DNA of 64,000 nt, taken from the NCBI GenBank assembly GCA_963737065.1, contig CAVTRC010000001.1, positions 2,368,001-2,432,000 on the forward strand, in the 5' to 3' direction. The notes beneath the pieces are model-generated. The model made no database searches and was not told the DNA's origin. It worked only from the letters and a program-made list of their open reading frames with translations. The stretch is from Candidatus Eremiobacteria bacterium (GTDB lineage: Bacteria > Vulcanimicrobiota > Vulcanimicrobiia > Vulcanimicrobiales > Vulcanimicrobiaceae). The position numbers and the translations under genes were made by a program. Of this stretch, positions 62,991-64,000 are shown in pieces (positions within the stretch are counted from its first letter, which is position 1; each line of letters starts with the position of its first letter).

Positions 62991-62991
62991 A

Positions 62992-64000
62992 ATGCTCGCC
63001 GCGTTTCTCATTGCGCTTGCCCCATACACGTATCATTTTCCGCGCGACCACTTCGCGCACGATGCATATCGCACGGAGTGGTGGTACTTCACCGGACACG
63101 TGCGCGCGCCCGACGGGCATCGGTTCGGATATGAGTTGACCTTTTTCCGTATCGGCCTCGAACCGCGCGCGCCGCAATGGCGCGCGAATGAGACAAAGTG
63201 GTATGCCTATCAACTGTATCCGGCCCACTTCGCCATTACCGACGAAACGGATCGCGCGTTTGTCTATTCGGAAACATTCGCCCGTGACGCATTGCGCCAA
63301 GGGTTCGCATCCGACCAGCGTCTCTACATTGACGCGAACGGCTGGACGTTGACCGGAACGGGCGCCGAGCGTCCGGTGATGCACCTTCATGCGGTGCACG
63401 GCGGCGACGCACTCGATTTAGACGTTTCGTCGGTAAAGCCGCCGGCGATTCACGGCATCGGCGGTGTTTCGCGCAAAGGCGCGTGCGCGTCATGTGCGTC
63501 ACATTACTATTCGTTCACGCGGCTCGCTACGAACGGAACGCTGGAACGCGGCGGCGTTCGCTACACCGTGACCGGCATTTCGTGGATGGACCACGAGTTC
63601 GGTTCCGACGAGTTAGCGCGCGATCAGTCGGGGTGGGATTGGTACTCGATCCAGCTCAACGACGGCCGCGAAGTTATGCTCTATCGGTTGCGGCAAACCG
63701 ATGGGCGGACGACCCCGCAATCCTCCGGCACGCTCATCGCGCGTAACGGCGCAACCTCGCACTTGCCCCTGTCATCGTTTTCCATTGCGTCGACCGCAAC
63801 GTGGACGAGTCCGCACACGGGCGCACGCTATCCGAGCGCATGGCGCATTCATGTAAACGGTGTTGAGCGGCAGCTCGAGCTCATCCCTACGATCGCCGAT
63901 CAAGAGCTCGTCGATGCCACGGGCACGACGTATTGGGAAGGCGCAGTGGACGTGCGTGACGCGCGCACGCACGCAGCGCTCGGCGTCGGATACGTCGAAC
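62992..64000 (+). CDS. AttH-like lipocalin-domain (CrtC-like) protein, 3'-truncated by window edge
   Basis: FPRDHFAH..YRTEWWYFTG, YYSF, WMDHEF, GWDW, YWEG; absent from ORF track because it has no stop. Confidence 0.88.
   Translation, partial: MLAAFLIALAPYTYHFPRDHFAHDAYRTEWWYFTGHVRAPDGHRFGYELTFFRIGLEPRAPQWRANETKWYAYQLYPAHFAITDETDRAFVYSETFARDALRQGFASDQRLYIDANGWTLTGTGAERPVMHLHAVHGGDALDLDVSSVKPPAIHGIGGVSRKGACASCASHYYSFTRLATNGTLERGGVRYTVTGISWMDHEFGSDELARDQSGWDWYSIQLNDGREVMLYRLRQTDGRTTPQSSGTLIARNGATSHLPLSSFSIASTATWTSPHTGARYPSAWRIHVNGVERQLELIPTIADQELVDATGTTYWEGAVDVRDARTHAALGVGYVE

Overview
GC-rich bacterial chromosome segment, mostly housekeeping genes. It carries rsmA with a G5/3D cell-wall gene, rho, a TonB/ExbB/ExbD cluster, uppP, moaC-mog-folCPBK, an accB-like gene followed by accC-nusB-PBP1A-xseAB-tlyA-nadK-recN, Prim-Pol/LigC repair genes, pyk, the rimP-nusA-ylxR-infB-rbfA-nrnA-truB-ribF operon, a Clp ATPase and an ABC/FtsX/AttH-like locus cut by the window end. 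Firmicutes-like gene order and a Cheo-type LexA box alongside a diderm TonB system suggest a Terrabacteria diderm, possibly Ca. Eremiobacterota/Vulcanimicrobiota (inference only). A ~4.2 kb island (IS3 remnant, LbH acyltransferase, efflux adaptor remnant, intact IS481, damaged IS110) sits in a palindromic repeat cluster between truB and ribF. Best candidates for new biology: (1) an operon of two apparent pseudo-enzymes, a degenerate tandem HD-GYP protein and a degenerate DNA adenine methyltransferase; (2) a LexA-boxed, leaderless RNase H-like pseudo-nuclease upstream of an alkylpurine glycosylase; (3) a BCCP-like protein without the biotin lysine in the accB position; (4) a Zn-finger plus hydrophobic-anchor minimal Clp ATPase; (5) an IS110 apparently inserted at a CT core of a REP-like repeat whose copies also supply ribosome-binding sites; (6) several unexplained structured intergenic RNAs. 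Repeated +1 frameshifts in core genes point to sequencing or assembly indels. All calls come from reading the sequence by eye; no database searches were run.
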